Shown: positions 1-9,476, counted from the first letter of the stretch. The stretch: DNA of 64,000 nt from Candidatus Sulfomarinibacteraceae bacterium (GCA_963796455.1 CAWCLO010000004.1:640001-704000); one strand, 5' to 3'. The notes: generated by a model not told the origin, from the sequence alone. Program-made: numbers and translations.

Positions 1-109
1 AGAACTGGTTCGATTTCGCCATGCCCTGAGCTGAAGCTGGGCCGGACGCCACCAGTAGCGTTATTGTCGCCACGATGGCTACTAATATAGAGAGTTTTGT
101 TTTTAGCAT
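1..109 (-). CDS. Secreted protein, N-terminal part only (runs off window start)
   Basis: Read manually on the minus strand: MLKTKLSILVAIVATITLLVASGPASAQG..., a typical Sec signal peptide; GAGGAGG RBS at about 117-124. Confidence 0.7.
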   Translation of the reverse strand, partial: MLKTKLSILVAIVATITLLVASGPASAQGMAKSNQF

Positions 110-321
110 TGAGTCATCCTCCTCGAATCAAAAAGTCTGTAATCGTTCATCGTCTCAACCGACACTTCTATTCCAACCAGGGAACGCCGACGAATTCTTC
201 CATTTCTTATTCCGGAGGACGGCACCCAATGAGTTTTCATACTTTTGAAATATTCGAGCCCCTTTCATGAGTTAGCCGACCATCGATAACAAATCCGCCT
301 GATGGCGGAGAGGAGTCCAAG

Positions 322-846
322 ATGAGAAAGTTTGTGTTTGTTCTGGCGACGATTGTTCTAATGTCCGCAGCCCCGCTGTTTGCGCATTGTGGTTCCTGCG
401 GAACAGGTGAGGCACACGACCATGTCGCTGAAGCTGCTTCTGCCGATATCGTCGGTGTGGCTTCCTCGGCCGGCACCTTCAACACCCTGCTCGCGGCGGC
501 CAAGGCAGCGGGTCTGGTGGACACGTTGCAGTCCGCCGGTCCATTCACCGTCTTCGCGCCCACCGATGAGGCATTTGCCAAGTTGCCCGAAGGCATGATT
601 GAAAGCCTGCTCGCCGACCCGGAAAAGCTCAAGCAGGTATTGCTCTACCACGTTGTTTCCGGCACGGTGCTGGCCAGCGACGTGGTCGGCCTGTCGAGCG
701 CCACGACCGTTCAGGGTTCTGACATCGCCATCGCCGTCTCGGGCGGCACCGTGATGATCAACAACGCCACAGTGGTAAAAACTGACGTGATGGCTTCCAA
801 CGGCGTGATTCACGTCATCGACACGGTCATCGTGCCCTCCGCCTGA
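322..846 (+). CDS. Fasciclin (FAS1) domain protein, secreted
   Basis: Signal peptide; FAS1 motifs [19 protein letters not shown] and [19 protein letters not shown]. Confidence 0.95.
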   Translation: MRKFVFVLATIVLMSAAPLFAHCGSCGTGEAHDHVAEAASADIVGVASSAGTFNTLLAAAKAAGLVDTLQSAGPFTVFAPTDEAFAKLPEGMIESLLADPEKLKQVLLYHVVSGTVLASDVVGLSSATTVQGSDIAIAVSGGTVMINNATVVKTDVMASNGVIHVIDTVIVPSA

Positions 847-868
847 CTTTGAATTTCGAGTGAGATGG

Positions 869-897
869 ACGGTCCGCGCGATGCGGGCCGTTTTTTT
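869..897 (+). terminator. Intrinsic terminator after the fasciclin gene
   Basis: Stem ACGGTCCGC/GCGGGCCGT followed by a T7 tail. Confidence 0.8.
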
Positions 898-950
898 GTC
901 TGGTGCAGGATCCAGTACCCTGACCGGGCATTATACTGGCGGGAGTTTCT

Positions 951-1934
951 ATGGAAAACTCGAAGGTCGTGGTCGTCGGAGCCGGTCTCTCGGGGCTGAC
1001 GTGTGCGCGGGAGCTGGCCGATGGCGGCCTCGATGTTCGGGTTTTTGACAAGGCGCGGGGTGCGGGTGGACGCATGGCGACCCGTCGAGCCGGCGACCTG
1101 TGTTTCGACCACGGAGCCCAGTACTTCACCGTCCGGGATGACCGGTTCGAGAAGACGGTCGATGCATGGTGTCGACAGGGGATTGTCGAGCCGTGGACAG
1201 GCAGGATAGCCGTCGTCGAAAACGGTGCCGTGTCCGAGAAAATCAGCCGCATCCCTCGGTTGGTCGGCGTGCCGGGCATGAACGCTGTTTGCCGGCACCT
1301 CGCTCGCGATCTCGATGTGTCGTACGGCACCAGAATCGAGGTTCTGAACCGGGAGGCCGACGAGTGGGTGCTGGCAGACCAGAACGGTGTCGAACTGGGG
1401 TCGTTCGACGCCGTAGTGGTGTCCGCTCCGGCACCCCAGACTGGCGCCCTCTTCCGCACCTGCTCGCCCGATCTCGCCGCCCATGCGGCATCGGTCGAGA
1501 TGTCGCCGTGCTGGGCGGCGATGATGACCTTTCCGGAAAGCTTGAATCTGGGCTTCGACGGTGCCTTCGTGAACAACTCCGCCATCACCTGGGTGGCTCG
1601 GGACGCCTCGAAGCCTGGGCGCCCGGATCACGAGGCCTGGGTGATCCACGCCTCGCAGGAGTGGTCGACCGCTCATCTGGAGCTGGAGCCCGGCCGTGCG
1701 GCCGAGGTCCTACTTCGCGAGTTCCGCGCTGCGCTGGGCCTGGAGAACAGGGATCCGAATCACCTGACCGCCCACCGGTGGAGGTTCGCGCTGCCACTCA
1801 ATCCTCTTCCTGAGACCTGTCTTTTTGATGCGAAGCTTCGATTGGCGGCGTGCGGCGATTGGTGCGGCGGACCGCGGGTCGAGGGCGCCTTCCTGTCGGG
1901 GCTCGCCGCCGCCGAAGGGATTCTCGGGCGCTAA
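951..1934 (+). CDS. Renalase-like NAD(P)/FAD-dependent oxidoreductase (COG3380 type)
   Basis: GAGLSG, FDKARGAGGRMATRR, FDHGAQYFT, HRWRFA and CGDWCGGPRVEGAFLSG motifs. Confidence 0.92.
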   Translation: MENSKVVVVGAGLSGLTCARELADGGLDVRVFDKARGAGGRMATRRAGDLCFDHGAQYFTVRDDRFEKTVDAWCRQGIVEPWTGRIAVVENGAVSEKISRIPRLVGVPGMNAVCRHLARDLDVSYGTRIEVLNREADEWVLADQNGVELGSFDAVVVSAPAPQTGALFRTCSPDLAAHAASVEMSPCWAAMMTFPESLNLGFDGAFVNNSAITWVARDASKPGRPDHEAWVIHASQEWSTAHLELEPGRAAEVLLREFRAALGLENRDPNHLTAHRWRFALPLNPLPETCLFDAKLRLAACGDWCGGPRVEGAFLSGLAAAEGILGR

Positions 1935-2094
1935 GCTGGGGTGCCACCCATGAAGGGCGGACGACCGCATTGTCGAGGTGCACCCGGAGGTCTGCCTTCT
2001 TGACGCCGCGCCATTCCAACAATTCGTTCCGTGGCACCGGTCCTCAGCCCCGCTCATCGATCAGCAAGTGTGAAAGTGTGTGCGTGGCACCCAT
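1935..2094. repeat. Cluster of GGGTG[G/C]CACCC palindromic repeat cores
   Basis: 1935-1955 is identical to 21532-21552, and 1939-1959 is identical to 21502-21522; a further GTGGCACCCAT at 2084-2094. Confidence 0.85.
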
Positions 2095-2286
2095 ACCTGT
2101 GCATGTCCATGTATGGATGTGTGTCAGCGAAAGGTCGGCCCATGGTAGGCTTTCACCGATATATAAGCCCAGCTGGAAAAGAAAATCACGTTTTAAGATC
2201 TCATTCCGAGATCGGAATCCGGATCCCCGCCGTTTCTGGAATAGGCGGCGACTCGTATCCGTTGTCCCGTCAGATTTGGAGGCGCG

Positions 2287-2658
2287 ATGCTCGTCGATCT
2301 GCAACGTTCGAACTTCGAAGACCACGTGATGTCCGTAGGCATCGTGCTCATCGATTGTTGGGCGCCGTGGTGCGGAGCGTGCAAGGACTTCATGCCCACC
2401 TTCGAAGCGGCGGCCGAGCGCCACGCCGAGCACACCTTCGCCAAGCTCGATACCCAGGCCGAGGAGGAGCTCGCCAAGAAGCTCAAGGTGAGTCACATCC
2501 CTACCATCATCCTGTTCCGCGATGGGCTGCTGCTCCTGCGGCGGCCGGGCTATCTGTCAGAGGTGGAAATCGACGAGGCCATCGGCACCGCAGAGGGTCT
2601 CGATATGGAACATGTACGGGCCGACATGGAGAAGCGGCTGGCCGGCGAATCCGGCTGA
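2287..2658 (+). CDS. Thioredoxin family protein
   Basis: DCWAPWCGAC active site, cis-Pro region IPTIILF; GGAGG RBS. Confidence 0.92.
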   Translation: MLVDLQRSNFEDHVMSVGIVLIDCWAPWCGACKDFMPTFEAAAERHAEHTFAKLDTQAEEELAKKLKVSHIPTIILFRDGLLLLRRPGYLSEVEIDEAIGTAEGLDMEHVRADMEKRLAGESG

Positions 2659-2711
2659 GCTTCGCCGAACCATGTCATTGAAGATGAACTGAACACAACA
2701 AGGAGGAAGCG

Positions 2712-2894
2712 ATGACCGAGATCTACGAAGCTGATGTGGAGTTCAAGAAGACCCTGGGTGTGAAGTGGGTCAAGGTTGATTCGGGCCACACCTATCTGTG
2801 CCCGGTGGATGCTCTCAAGCGGTTCGAAAACCCTACCGAGGAACAGCTCAAGATGATCTGTGTCGACGAGTCGGATAACCCGCAGAACGACTGA
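2712..2894 (+). CDS. Small hypothetical protein (60 aa, two Cys)
   Basis: Strong AAGGAGGA RBS, host-like codon usage, lies within the redox gene run. Confidence 0.75.
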   Translation: MTEIYEADVEFKKTLGVKWVKVDSGHTYLCPVDALKRFENPTEEQLKMICVDESDNPQND

Positions 2895-2935
2895 GCCCGA
2901 GCGCCTTCAAGGCGCTCTCAGATCGTCAAATGTAA

Positions 2936-2974
2936 GGCGCCGCTGCGCCCGTGGCGCGGCGGCGCCATTTTTTT
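2936..2974 (+). terminator. Intrinsic terminator directly upstream of the peroxiredoxin RBS
   Basis: 14-bp stem GGCGCCGCTGCGCC/GGCGCGGCGGCGCC followed by ATTTTTTT. Confidence 0.75.
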
Positions 2975-2984
2975 GGAGTGCATC

Positions 2985-3584
2985 ATGTCATTGCTGGTCA
3001 CCAAACCCGCGCCGGAATTCACGGCCACCGCCGTCCTCGCCGACGATAGCTTCGACGAGCAGTTCAGCCTCTCGGCCCTGCGCGGCAAGTACGTCGTGCT
3101 CTTCTTCTACCCGCTGGACTTCACCTTCGTCTGCCCCACCGAGATCCTTGCCTTCGACGAGGCGCTCGAGGATTTCCGCAAGCGAGATGCGGAGGTCGTC
3201 GGCGTGTCGGTGGACTCGCACTACACCCACGCCGCGTGGAAGCGCACCCATGTGGACGATGGTGGCATCGGTCCAATCCGCTACCCCCTGGTCTCCGACC
3301 TCAACAAGGAGATCGCACGCAGCTACGGCGTGCTGCTCGACGAGGGCATCGCGCTGCGAGGGCTCTTCCTGATCGACAAGGAAGGCATCGTCCGCCACGC
3401 CCTGGTCAACGACCTGCCGCTCGGCCGCAATGTCAGCGAGGCCCTGCGGGTGCTCGACGCGCTGCGCTTCCACGAGCTGCGCGGCGACGTCTGCCCGGCC
3501 AACTGGAACGAGGGTGAGGATGGCATCGAGGAGTCCCAGGACGGAATCGTCGACTACCTCTCCAAATACGCCGCCAAAGACTGA
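2985..3584 (+). CDS. ahpC: Typical 2-Cys peroxiredoxin (AhpC/TSA)
   Basis: FFYPLDFTFVCPTE and VCPANW motifs; GGAG RBS at 2975. Confidence 0.95.
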   Translation: MSLLVTKPAPEFTATAVLADDSFDEQFSLSALRGKYVVLFFYPLDFTFVCPTEILAFDEALEDFRKRDAEVVGVSVDSHYTHAAWKRTHVDDGGIGPIRYPLVSDLNKEIARSYGVLLDEGIALRGLFLIDKEGIVRHALVNDLPLGRNVSEALRVLDALRFHELRGDVCPANWNEGEDGIEESQDGIVDYLSKYAAKD

Positions 3585-3814
3585 GCTGTCTGCCAGGCTT
3601 TCGGATTTTCGGAAGTTCGAGCGAGAATCAAGACCAAACAAATCCCCAGGTTCCTGAAGCCTGGCAGCGAAATTTTTGAAATTCGAATCCACGCGAACCA
3701 CGGCGGGCTTGGAGGCGCAGCACCCAACAATGCGAAGGGTGGAACCCACAGGCGTTCAGGACCATGTACTATGGCCTCCGCACCTAAAATCGAGAGCTGG
3801 TGAGGGGAGAGACC

Positions 3815-4177
3815 ATGGAAACTGCTGTTCTCATCATTCAGGTCGTGATCGCCCTGGGAATCTTCAATGTCTGGGTTCTTCGTTTCGGGAAATCGACCGA
3901 GTGGCGCGGCGGTACAGCCGCCAACATGAAGGAAGAGTTCCAGGCCTATGGCCTGCCGTCGTGGTCGGTGCAGGTCGTCGGTTTCCTGAAGCTCGTGTTT
4001 GCCGCATGTCTGCTCGCGGGCATCTGGTTTCCGACGTTGACCAAACCTGCGGCGGTCGGCATCGCGATTCTGATGCTCGCTGCTGTCGCGATGCATCTGA
4101 AGGTCAAAGATCCATTGAAAAAATCCCTGCCTGCCCTGACGATGCTTCTCCTGTCGGTGATCGTCGCGGCATCCTGA
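3815..4177 (+). CDS. DoxX-like membrane protein
   Basis: Four hydrophobic helices; EEFQAYGLP and AVAMHLKVKDP, typical of DoxX_2 proteins. Confidence 0.8.
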   Translation: METAVLIIQVVIALGIFNVWVLRFGKSTEWRGGTAANMKEEFQAYGLPSWSVQVVGFLKLVFAACLLAGIWFPTLTKPAAVGIAILMLAAVAMHLKVKDPLKKSLPALTMLLLSVIVAAS

Positions 4178-4302
4178 CCCGTCTCCGTCCGCTCGCGGGA
4201 ATAGGAGTAGGGGGAATCAGGTTCCGCCATCTAGCGTCTCGCACGATTAAAAAGCGGTTTGGTATTTAGCGGAGCGTGGTTTTCGCTTCGGGAGGATCAG
4301 CA

Positions 4303-4485
4303 ATGACTGTAACGAAAAAAGCGAAGTTGCTCATTATCGTGGCCGCGGGATTGTCTTTTCTTTTATCAGTCGGCCTTTGGTTTAGCGGGCAAAAAGAAGA
4401 GGGTATGTTTGTCGGTCTCTGGGTGCCGTCCATTCTGTCCCTTGGAGCGCTGCTTTTCGCCGGTCGGGGAGCGTCGAGCCAATGA
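4303..4485 (+). CDS. Small two-TM membrane protein
   Basis: GGAGG RBS; two hydrophobic segments including GMFVGLWVPSIL; ATGA overlap with the next gene. Confidence 0.7.
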   Translation: MTVTKKAKLLIIVAAGLSFLLSVGLWFSGQKEEGMFVGLWVPSILSLGALLFAGRGASSQ

Positions 4486-4673
4486 GCGCTCTTGGCATTT
4501 TCCTTTTCGGGCTCGTCGTCACCGGAATCACGCTGACGGCGGTTTTCCTGATAGGCCTGAGTGAAGCTTCTGATCCAGCGCATAGCCGGCTGAGCGATCT
4601 CTCGGCGCTGGAGAGAAAATTGGTCTCTCGGCCGAACGAAGGGGAAGAGGACGCGTCGAGCGGCGCGCGGTAG
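4482..4673 (+). CDS. Small single-TM membrane protein
   Basis: Translationally coupled (ATGA) to the upstream gene; N-terminal TM helix. Confidence 0.65.
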   Translation: MSALGIFLFGLVVTGITLTAVFLIGLSEASDPAHSRLSDLSALERKLVSRPNEGEEDASSGAR

Positions 4674-4800
4674 ATAGGTCGGCCGTTCGCGGAGTGACCT
4701 CGTCACGCTGGATCGCTTGAGACTTCGGTCCGGCGGATCGTGTGAGCTGGAATTCGCTTCCTGTCCTTGAGGTTGCCCAGGCATCGCAAAAGGAGGAAAA

Positions 4801-5433
4801 ATGTCACGACGCGCTTCAGTTTTTGTCTCAATGTCGTTTCTCGTGGTGGTTGCTATTGCCTGCGGAGGTGGGCAGCAGCAGTCTTCTGGCCCGCAACCCG
4901 CGCAGCCGGTGGCGGCAGTCGAGGAGGGTCCGACGGGGACCATCGACCACACCGTCGAGTCGTTGACCGGTGACACGGTCGAGCTGGCCTCCTTCCGAGG
5001 TCGGCCGATGCTGATCGTCAACACCGCCTCGAAGTGCGGCTATACACCGCAGTACGAAGGCCTCCAAAAGCTCTACGAGCGCTACGGCGAGGGCGATCTC
5101 GTGGTGATCGGTTTTCCGAGTAACGATTTCGGAAATCAGGAGCCCGGCACAGCCGAGGAGATCGGTAACTTCTGTCGCCTCAACTATGGTGTGACCTTCC
5201 CGATGATGGCCAAGGTCCATACCAAGGGCGTCGATCAAGCGCCAATCTATCGGACTCTCACCGCCGAGAGCGGCGACGAATACGAGGGCGAGGTTCGGTG
5301 GAACTTTACGAAGTTTCTGATCGACCAGGAAGGTCGTGTGGTTGCTCGCTTCGAGTCCGCGGTCGAGCCGTTAGATGAACAGATTACCTCTGCCGTCGAT
5401 GCATTATTGGCCGAGGCGACTCCGCAGGGTTGA
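4801..5433 (+). CDS. Glutathione peroxidase family (Cys type), probable lipoprotein
   Basis: NTASKCGYTPQY, GFPSNDFGNQEPG and WNFTKFL motifs; lipobox-like IAC after a hydrophobic stretch. Confidence 0.93.
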   Translation: MSRRASVFVSMSFLVVVAIACGGGQQQSSGPQPAQPVAAVEEGPTGTIDHTVESLTGDTVELASFRGRPMLIVNTASKCGYTPQYEGLQKLYERYGEGDLVVIGFPSNDFGNQEPGTAEEIGNFCRLNYGVTFPMMAKVHTKGVDQAPIYRTLTAESGDEYEGEVRWNFTKFLIDQEGRVVARFESAVEPLDEQITSAVDALLAEATPQG

Positions 5434-5496
5434 GGTATTTCTTGGGGCTCGATCGGGGCTGCAGCCTATAATGTTCGACGAAGGGCGAACAGAACC

Positions 5497-5946
5497 ATGA
5501 GCGACGACCGCAGCCACATGGAAGCTCTGCGCGAGATGCTGGACCACCAGCTGCTGGGTGTGCTTGGAACTCATCACGAAGGCGAGCCCTACACGAGCCT
5601 GATCGGTTTCGCGGCCACCGCCGATCTCAAACACCTGCTCTTTGCTACCGGTCGTGCAACTCGCAAGCACGCCAATCTTGCCGCCGATGCCCGCGCCTCG
5701 ATGTTGGTCGACACCCGAACGAATCGTCCTGTCGACTTTACAGAGGCGGCCGCTGCGACCGCGGTAGGAGTGGTGGAAGAGGTGGCGAAATCCGAGCGCG
5801 AGGACTTCGACCGGGTTTTCCTGGCCAAGCATCCCCATCTCGAGAGCTTCGTGCGTTCGCCGAGTTGCGTGCGGCTGCGCCTCCGGGTGTCGGTCTACAT
5901 GGTGGTGGCCCGCTTCCAACACGTCATCGAACTCCATATCGACTGA
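5497..5946 (+). CDS. Pyridoxamine 5'-phosphate oxidase-like FMN-binding protein
   Basis: Split-barrel motifs GEPYTSLIGF, FATGRATRKHANL and KHPHLESF. Confidence 0.85.
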   Translation: MSDDRSHMEALREMLDHQLLGVLGTHHEGEPYTSLIGFAATADLKHLLFATGRATRKHANLAADARASMLVDTRTNRPVDFTEAAAATAVGVVEEVAKSEREDFDRVFLAKHPHLESFVRSPSCVRLRLRVSVYMVVARFQHVIELHID

Positions 5947-8159
5947 TGAATTTGGTTGTCGGCCTCGACCAGATCGGTGATGACGACGGTGGCCGGGTCG
6001 GTGGCAAGGCCGTTGCGCTCGCGGCTCTGAAGCGGACCGGCCATCCCGTTCCCCGTTCGCTGTGCCTGACGACCGATGCCTACGAACTGTTCGTCGAGCG
6101 GGCGTCGCTGCGAGCCGTCCTCCACCAGGAGCTGGGTCGCAAGAATTTCGAGGACATGCGCTGGGAAGAGATCTGGGACGTGGCGCTGCGCATCCGCAAC
6201 CGCTTTCTGAGGGCACCGGTGCCACACGATGTCGTGGCCGCGGTCGAAGCACAACTGGCGAAATATCTGCCCGAGGTCGCTCTCGCGGTGCGCTCGTCGG
6301 CGCCCGGCGAAGACTCGGAAGGCGCGTCCTTTGCCGGCCTCCACGACAGCTTTGTCGGCGTGTTCGGCGCCCCTGCAGTGGTCGAGGCGATTCGCGGGGT
6401 ATGGGCCTCGTTGTGGAGCGACCGGGCCCTGCTCTACCGCCGCGAACTCGGAATCGACGTTGACACGAGTTCGATGGCAGTCGTGATCCAGGAGCTCATT
6501 GAAGGCTCGGTCTCCGGGATCGCCTTCGGGGTCCATCCGACGGATCCTGAGCTGGCCGTCGTCGAGTCGGTCTACGGCCTCAACCAGGGTCTGGTCGACG
6601 GTACGATCGAACCCGATCACTGGACCGTTGACCGGATGACGGGGCGCACCGTTTCGCACACTGCACCGAGCGGCCGCCGGCGGCTGCTGGCCCGCGGTTC
6701 TCAAACTCAGGTCGAACAGGTGCCGCCGGGCATGGCTGGCACACCGCCGCTCGACGAGGAAAGCCTGACCCGCGTCGTCGATGCGGCTCGCGCCGCCGAG
6801 GCACTTTTCGGTGCGCCGCAGGACGTGGAATGGACCATCGCTGATGGGCGGCTGGTGCTCTTGCAGTCGCGGCCCGTGACAACTTCCACCGCGAGTGAGG
6901 GCGACAAGCGGGCGTGGTACCTGAGCCTGACCCGCAGCCTCGACAATCTCCGCGGCCTCCGCGAGCGGGTCGAAAGTGAATTGCTGCCGGCGATGGATCG
7001 GGAGGCTGATGAAATCGCGGAGCGCGATCTCGGGGTGCTCGATGCCGAGGACTTGGCTGAGGAGATCGAGCGCCGCCGGACAGTCCACGACCGATGGGTC
7101 GACATCTACTGGCGGGAATTTATTCCATTAGCGCACGGCATTCGTCTCTTCGGTCAGTTCTACAACGACATCGCACGGCCGGATGATCCTTACGAGTTCA
7201 TGGAGCTGCTGGCTGCCACACCGATGCTCAGCGTTCGCCGCAACGGCGAGCTTGAACGAATCGCTTCGATGGTGCGGGAAAGTCCCGAGATTCGCGCCAG
7301 TCTCGCAAGCGGAGAACCTGCCGATGCAGAATTCGAACGTGAGTTCGAGGGTTTTCAGCGCACGTTTGGCGACACGGTTTATGCAGACCAGCAGTGCTTT
7401 GCCAATCGTGCACGCCTGGTACGGTTGCTGCTGTCACTGGCTGACGTGCCGGCGGCGGCGAAACCGGCGTCCGCTGTCGATGTCGAAGCTCGCACCGAAG
7501 CCTTCATCGAAAGTGTCGACATCGACAGGCGCGAGCTGGCACGGGAGCTGGTCGATATCGGACGGGTCAGCTACCGGTTGAGGGATGATGACAACATCCA
7601 TCTTGCCCGTCTCGAGGGTCTGGTGTTGGCGGCGGTCGAGAAGGGCCGGCGAAAGCTCGGCGAGCGCAGCGGTGATGTTGCGCGCGCGGAGCTCGAGGAT
7701 GTCGTGCTTGGGCTGCGTCACCCGAATCTGGTGGTCGAGGCGAAACCGGAGCAGCAGCGACTGGTTGCTGAGCCAGGTTTCCGCGCGCGGCCGCGGCAGC
7801 TGGTCGGCCAGCCGGCGGGCCCGGGGGTGACCACCGGCGCCGCCCGTGTGATCGACGACGTCGATGACCTCTTCGAGTTCCAGCCCGGCGAGGTGCTGGT
7901 GTGCGACGCGGTCGATCCAAACATGACATTTATCGTACCGATGGCGAGCGCGGTCGTCGAGCGCCGAGGCGGCATGTTGATTCACGGCGCCATCATCGCC
8001 CGCGAGTACGGTCTTCCATGCGTCACGGGTGTTCCCGATGCCACGAAACTGATCGGCACCGGCGACCAACTGACGGTGGACGGTTACCTCGGTATCGTGA
8101 CCGTCAGCCGACCAACGCCCTCGCAAGGTCGAAGCATCCGTGGCCTCGATCAGGGCTGA
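5946..8159 (+). CDS. PEP-utilising dikinase, rifampicin phosphotransferase-like architecture
   Basis: N-terminal ATP-grasp (GGKA, AVRSSAPGEDSEGASFAG, QDVEW, LQSRPVT); C-terminal swivel His domain (GGMLIHGAIIAREYGLP); TGATG overlap with the upstream gene. Confidence 0.88.
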   Translation: MNLVVGLDQIGDDDGGRVGGKAVALAALKRTGHPVPRSLCLTTDAYELFVERASLRAVLHQELGRKNFEDMRWEEIWDVALRIRNRFLRAPVPHDVVAAVEAQLAKYLPEVALAVRSSAPGEDSEGASFAGLHDSFVGVFGAPAVVEAIRGVWASLWSDRALLYRRELGIDVDTSSMAVVIQELIEGSVSGIAFGVHPTDPELAVVESVYGLNQGLVDGTIEPDHWTVDRMTGRTVSHTAPSGRRRLLARGSQTQVEQVPPGMAGTPPLDEESLTRVVDAARAAEALFGAPQDVEWTIADGRLVLLQSRPVTTSTASEGDKRAWYLSLTRSLDNLRGLRERVESELLPAMDREADEIAERDLGVLDAEDLAEEIERRRTVHDRWVDIYWREFIPLAHGIRLFGQFYNDIARPDDPYEFMELLAATPMLSVRRNGELERIASMVRESPEIRASLASGEPADAEFEREFEGFQRTFGDTVYADQQCFANRARLVRLLLSLADVPAAAKPASAVDVEARTEAFIESVDIDRRELARELVDIGRVSYRLRDDDNIHLARLEGLVLAAVEKGRRKLGERSGDVARAELEDVVLGLRHPNLVVEAKPEQQRLVAEPGFRARPRQLVGQPAGPGVTTGAARVIDDVDDLFEFQPGEVLVCDAVDPNMTFIVPMASAVVERRGGMLIHGAIIAREYGLPCVTGVPDATKLIGTGDQLTVDGYLGIVTVSRPTPSQGRSIRGLDQG

Positions 8160-8227
8160 AAACGGTAGTCTCTGTCAGTTGCTTCAAATGGGCGCCATTT
8201 GGGCGGTACCCATGTGCTCGTCACACT

Positions 8228-9325
8228 TCAACAATTCGCTACGTGGGACCCATCGCGGCTCACCACCACCACGCTGCAGTCGTCGTAGAGGGGCTCGTCG
8301 CCGCGAAAATCGTCCACCTGTTGCAGCACCCGGTCGTGCACCGATCGGCTCGAACCGCCTTGCGCCACGGCCGCCATCAGGCGCTCGAACCCGAACGATT
8401 CGCCGGCGCGGTCGAGAGTCTCGAAGACTCCGTCGGTGAACAGAAGAAGGGTGTCGCCAGGCTCGACCACCGCGTGATCGGCCACCATCTCGAGATTGAG
8501 CCGAATACCCAGCGGCAGGCTCCCTGTGCCGAGTTCGAGGACCTCACCCGAAGCGCGCCGAAGCAGTGGGTACGGGTGGCCGGCGCAGACGTAGTCCAGC
8601 CTCCCGCTCGGAGGGTCCAACACGCCGCAAAACAAGGTCATGAAGTCGCGGCTGCCGCCGGTGCGGTACAGGGCGCGGTTGACCAGGCGGCTCACCGGAA
8701 TGGGCTCGGAATCGTGGTCGAACCCGAGCTTGAGCGCCGAGTTGGCGATCGCCATCACCAGTCCAGCGGCGATGCCGTGACCGCTGGCGTCGCCGATGAC
8801 GATGGCGAGACGTCCGTCGTCGAGCGGCAGGAAGTCGTAGTAGTCGCCACCGATGGTGTTGGCGGTGCGGTAGGAGAACATGAACTCGTAGCCCTCGACC
8901 CCCGGTTCCTGTCTGGGCAGCAGCTCGCGCTGCAGATCGCGCGCCACCTCGAGTTCGTCGCGCACCACGACTCGATCGGCGAGTTCGAGCACCAACAGGA
9001 AGATCAGCCCGGCGATGCTCACGAGCGACAACGGCATTAATCGATAAGTCATCCCCCACAGCGCGAAGACGATGCACGCTACAAAAACCAACCGTCGCGG
9101 TGGCGACAGCTTGTAAGACAGCCCGAGAAACAGAATTTTCGCTCGGTAGAAAAATCGCCAGAAGCGGCTGGCGGGCTCCCCGTCGTTGTCGTGCTCGCGC
9201 GTTACCACTTCGTATGCCCGCACGGCATCGCGATCGAAGAGGCGTCGGAACTCGCCCCCGCGAAAGCCCTCGGTCGAGGACCTCACGTATTGCTCCGCCT
9301 TTCGAAACCACTCCGCCGTTTTCAT
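8228..9325 (-). CDS. PP2C/SpoIIE (RsbU-like) phosphatase with TM segments
   Basis: GGDYYD, IGDASGHG, LFTDG and DDCS motifs. Confidence 0.92.
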   Translation of the reverse strand: MKTAEWFRKAEQYVRSSTEGFRGGEFRRLFDRDAVRAYEVVTREHDNDGEPASRFWRFFYRAKILFLGLSYKLSPPRRLVFVACIVFALWGMTYRLMPLSLVSIAGLIFLLVLELADRVVVRDELEVARDLQRELLPRQEPGVEGYEFMFSYRTANTIGGDYYDFLPLDDGRLAIVIGDASGHGIAAGLVMAIANSALKLGFDHDSEPIPVSRLVNRALYRTGGSRDFMTLFCGVLDPPSGRLDYVCAGHPYPLLRRASGEVLELGTGSLPLGIRLNLEMVADHAVVEPGDTLLLFTDGVFETLDRAGESFGFERLMAAVAQGGSSRSVHDRVLQQVDDFRGDEPLYDDCSVVVVSRDGSHVANC

Positions 9326-9430
9326 CGTGCCCCACAGCGTACTACGGTTGCCTTGACCCTTTGGTTTCGGCGCTCCCTCAGGGCCCAGCCTCACTGAGAA
9401 TGTCTGGCGCCCCCTTGCTCGCATCCTCAT

Positions 9431-9476
9431 AAAGCAACAATGAGTCATTGCGAAGGATGGCACCCATCGCACCCAT
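9431..9476 (+). repeat. Subfamily A repeat arm with doubled end
   Basis: AAAGCAACAATGAGTCATTGCGAAGGATGGCACCCAT followed by CGCACCCAT; aligns without gaps to 14019-14055 and 25371-25407. Confidence 0.85.

Noticed and set aside
2712..3584. Selenocysteine or read-through fusion of the 60-aa ORF with AhpC (same frame, single TGA, hairpin after the stop)
   Set aside because: The TGA does not align with a catalytic position, AhpC has its own RBS and both Cys, the hairpin lacks a SECIS-like G-containing loop, and a terminator lies between the two genes.
4801..5433. Glutathione peroxidase as a selenoprotein
   Set aside because: The active-site codon is TGC (Cys).
5946..8159. Calling the gene ppsA or rph
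   Set aside because: It lacks the PpsA C-terminal barrel, and rifamycin specificity cannot be inferred from the sequence.
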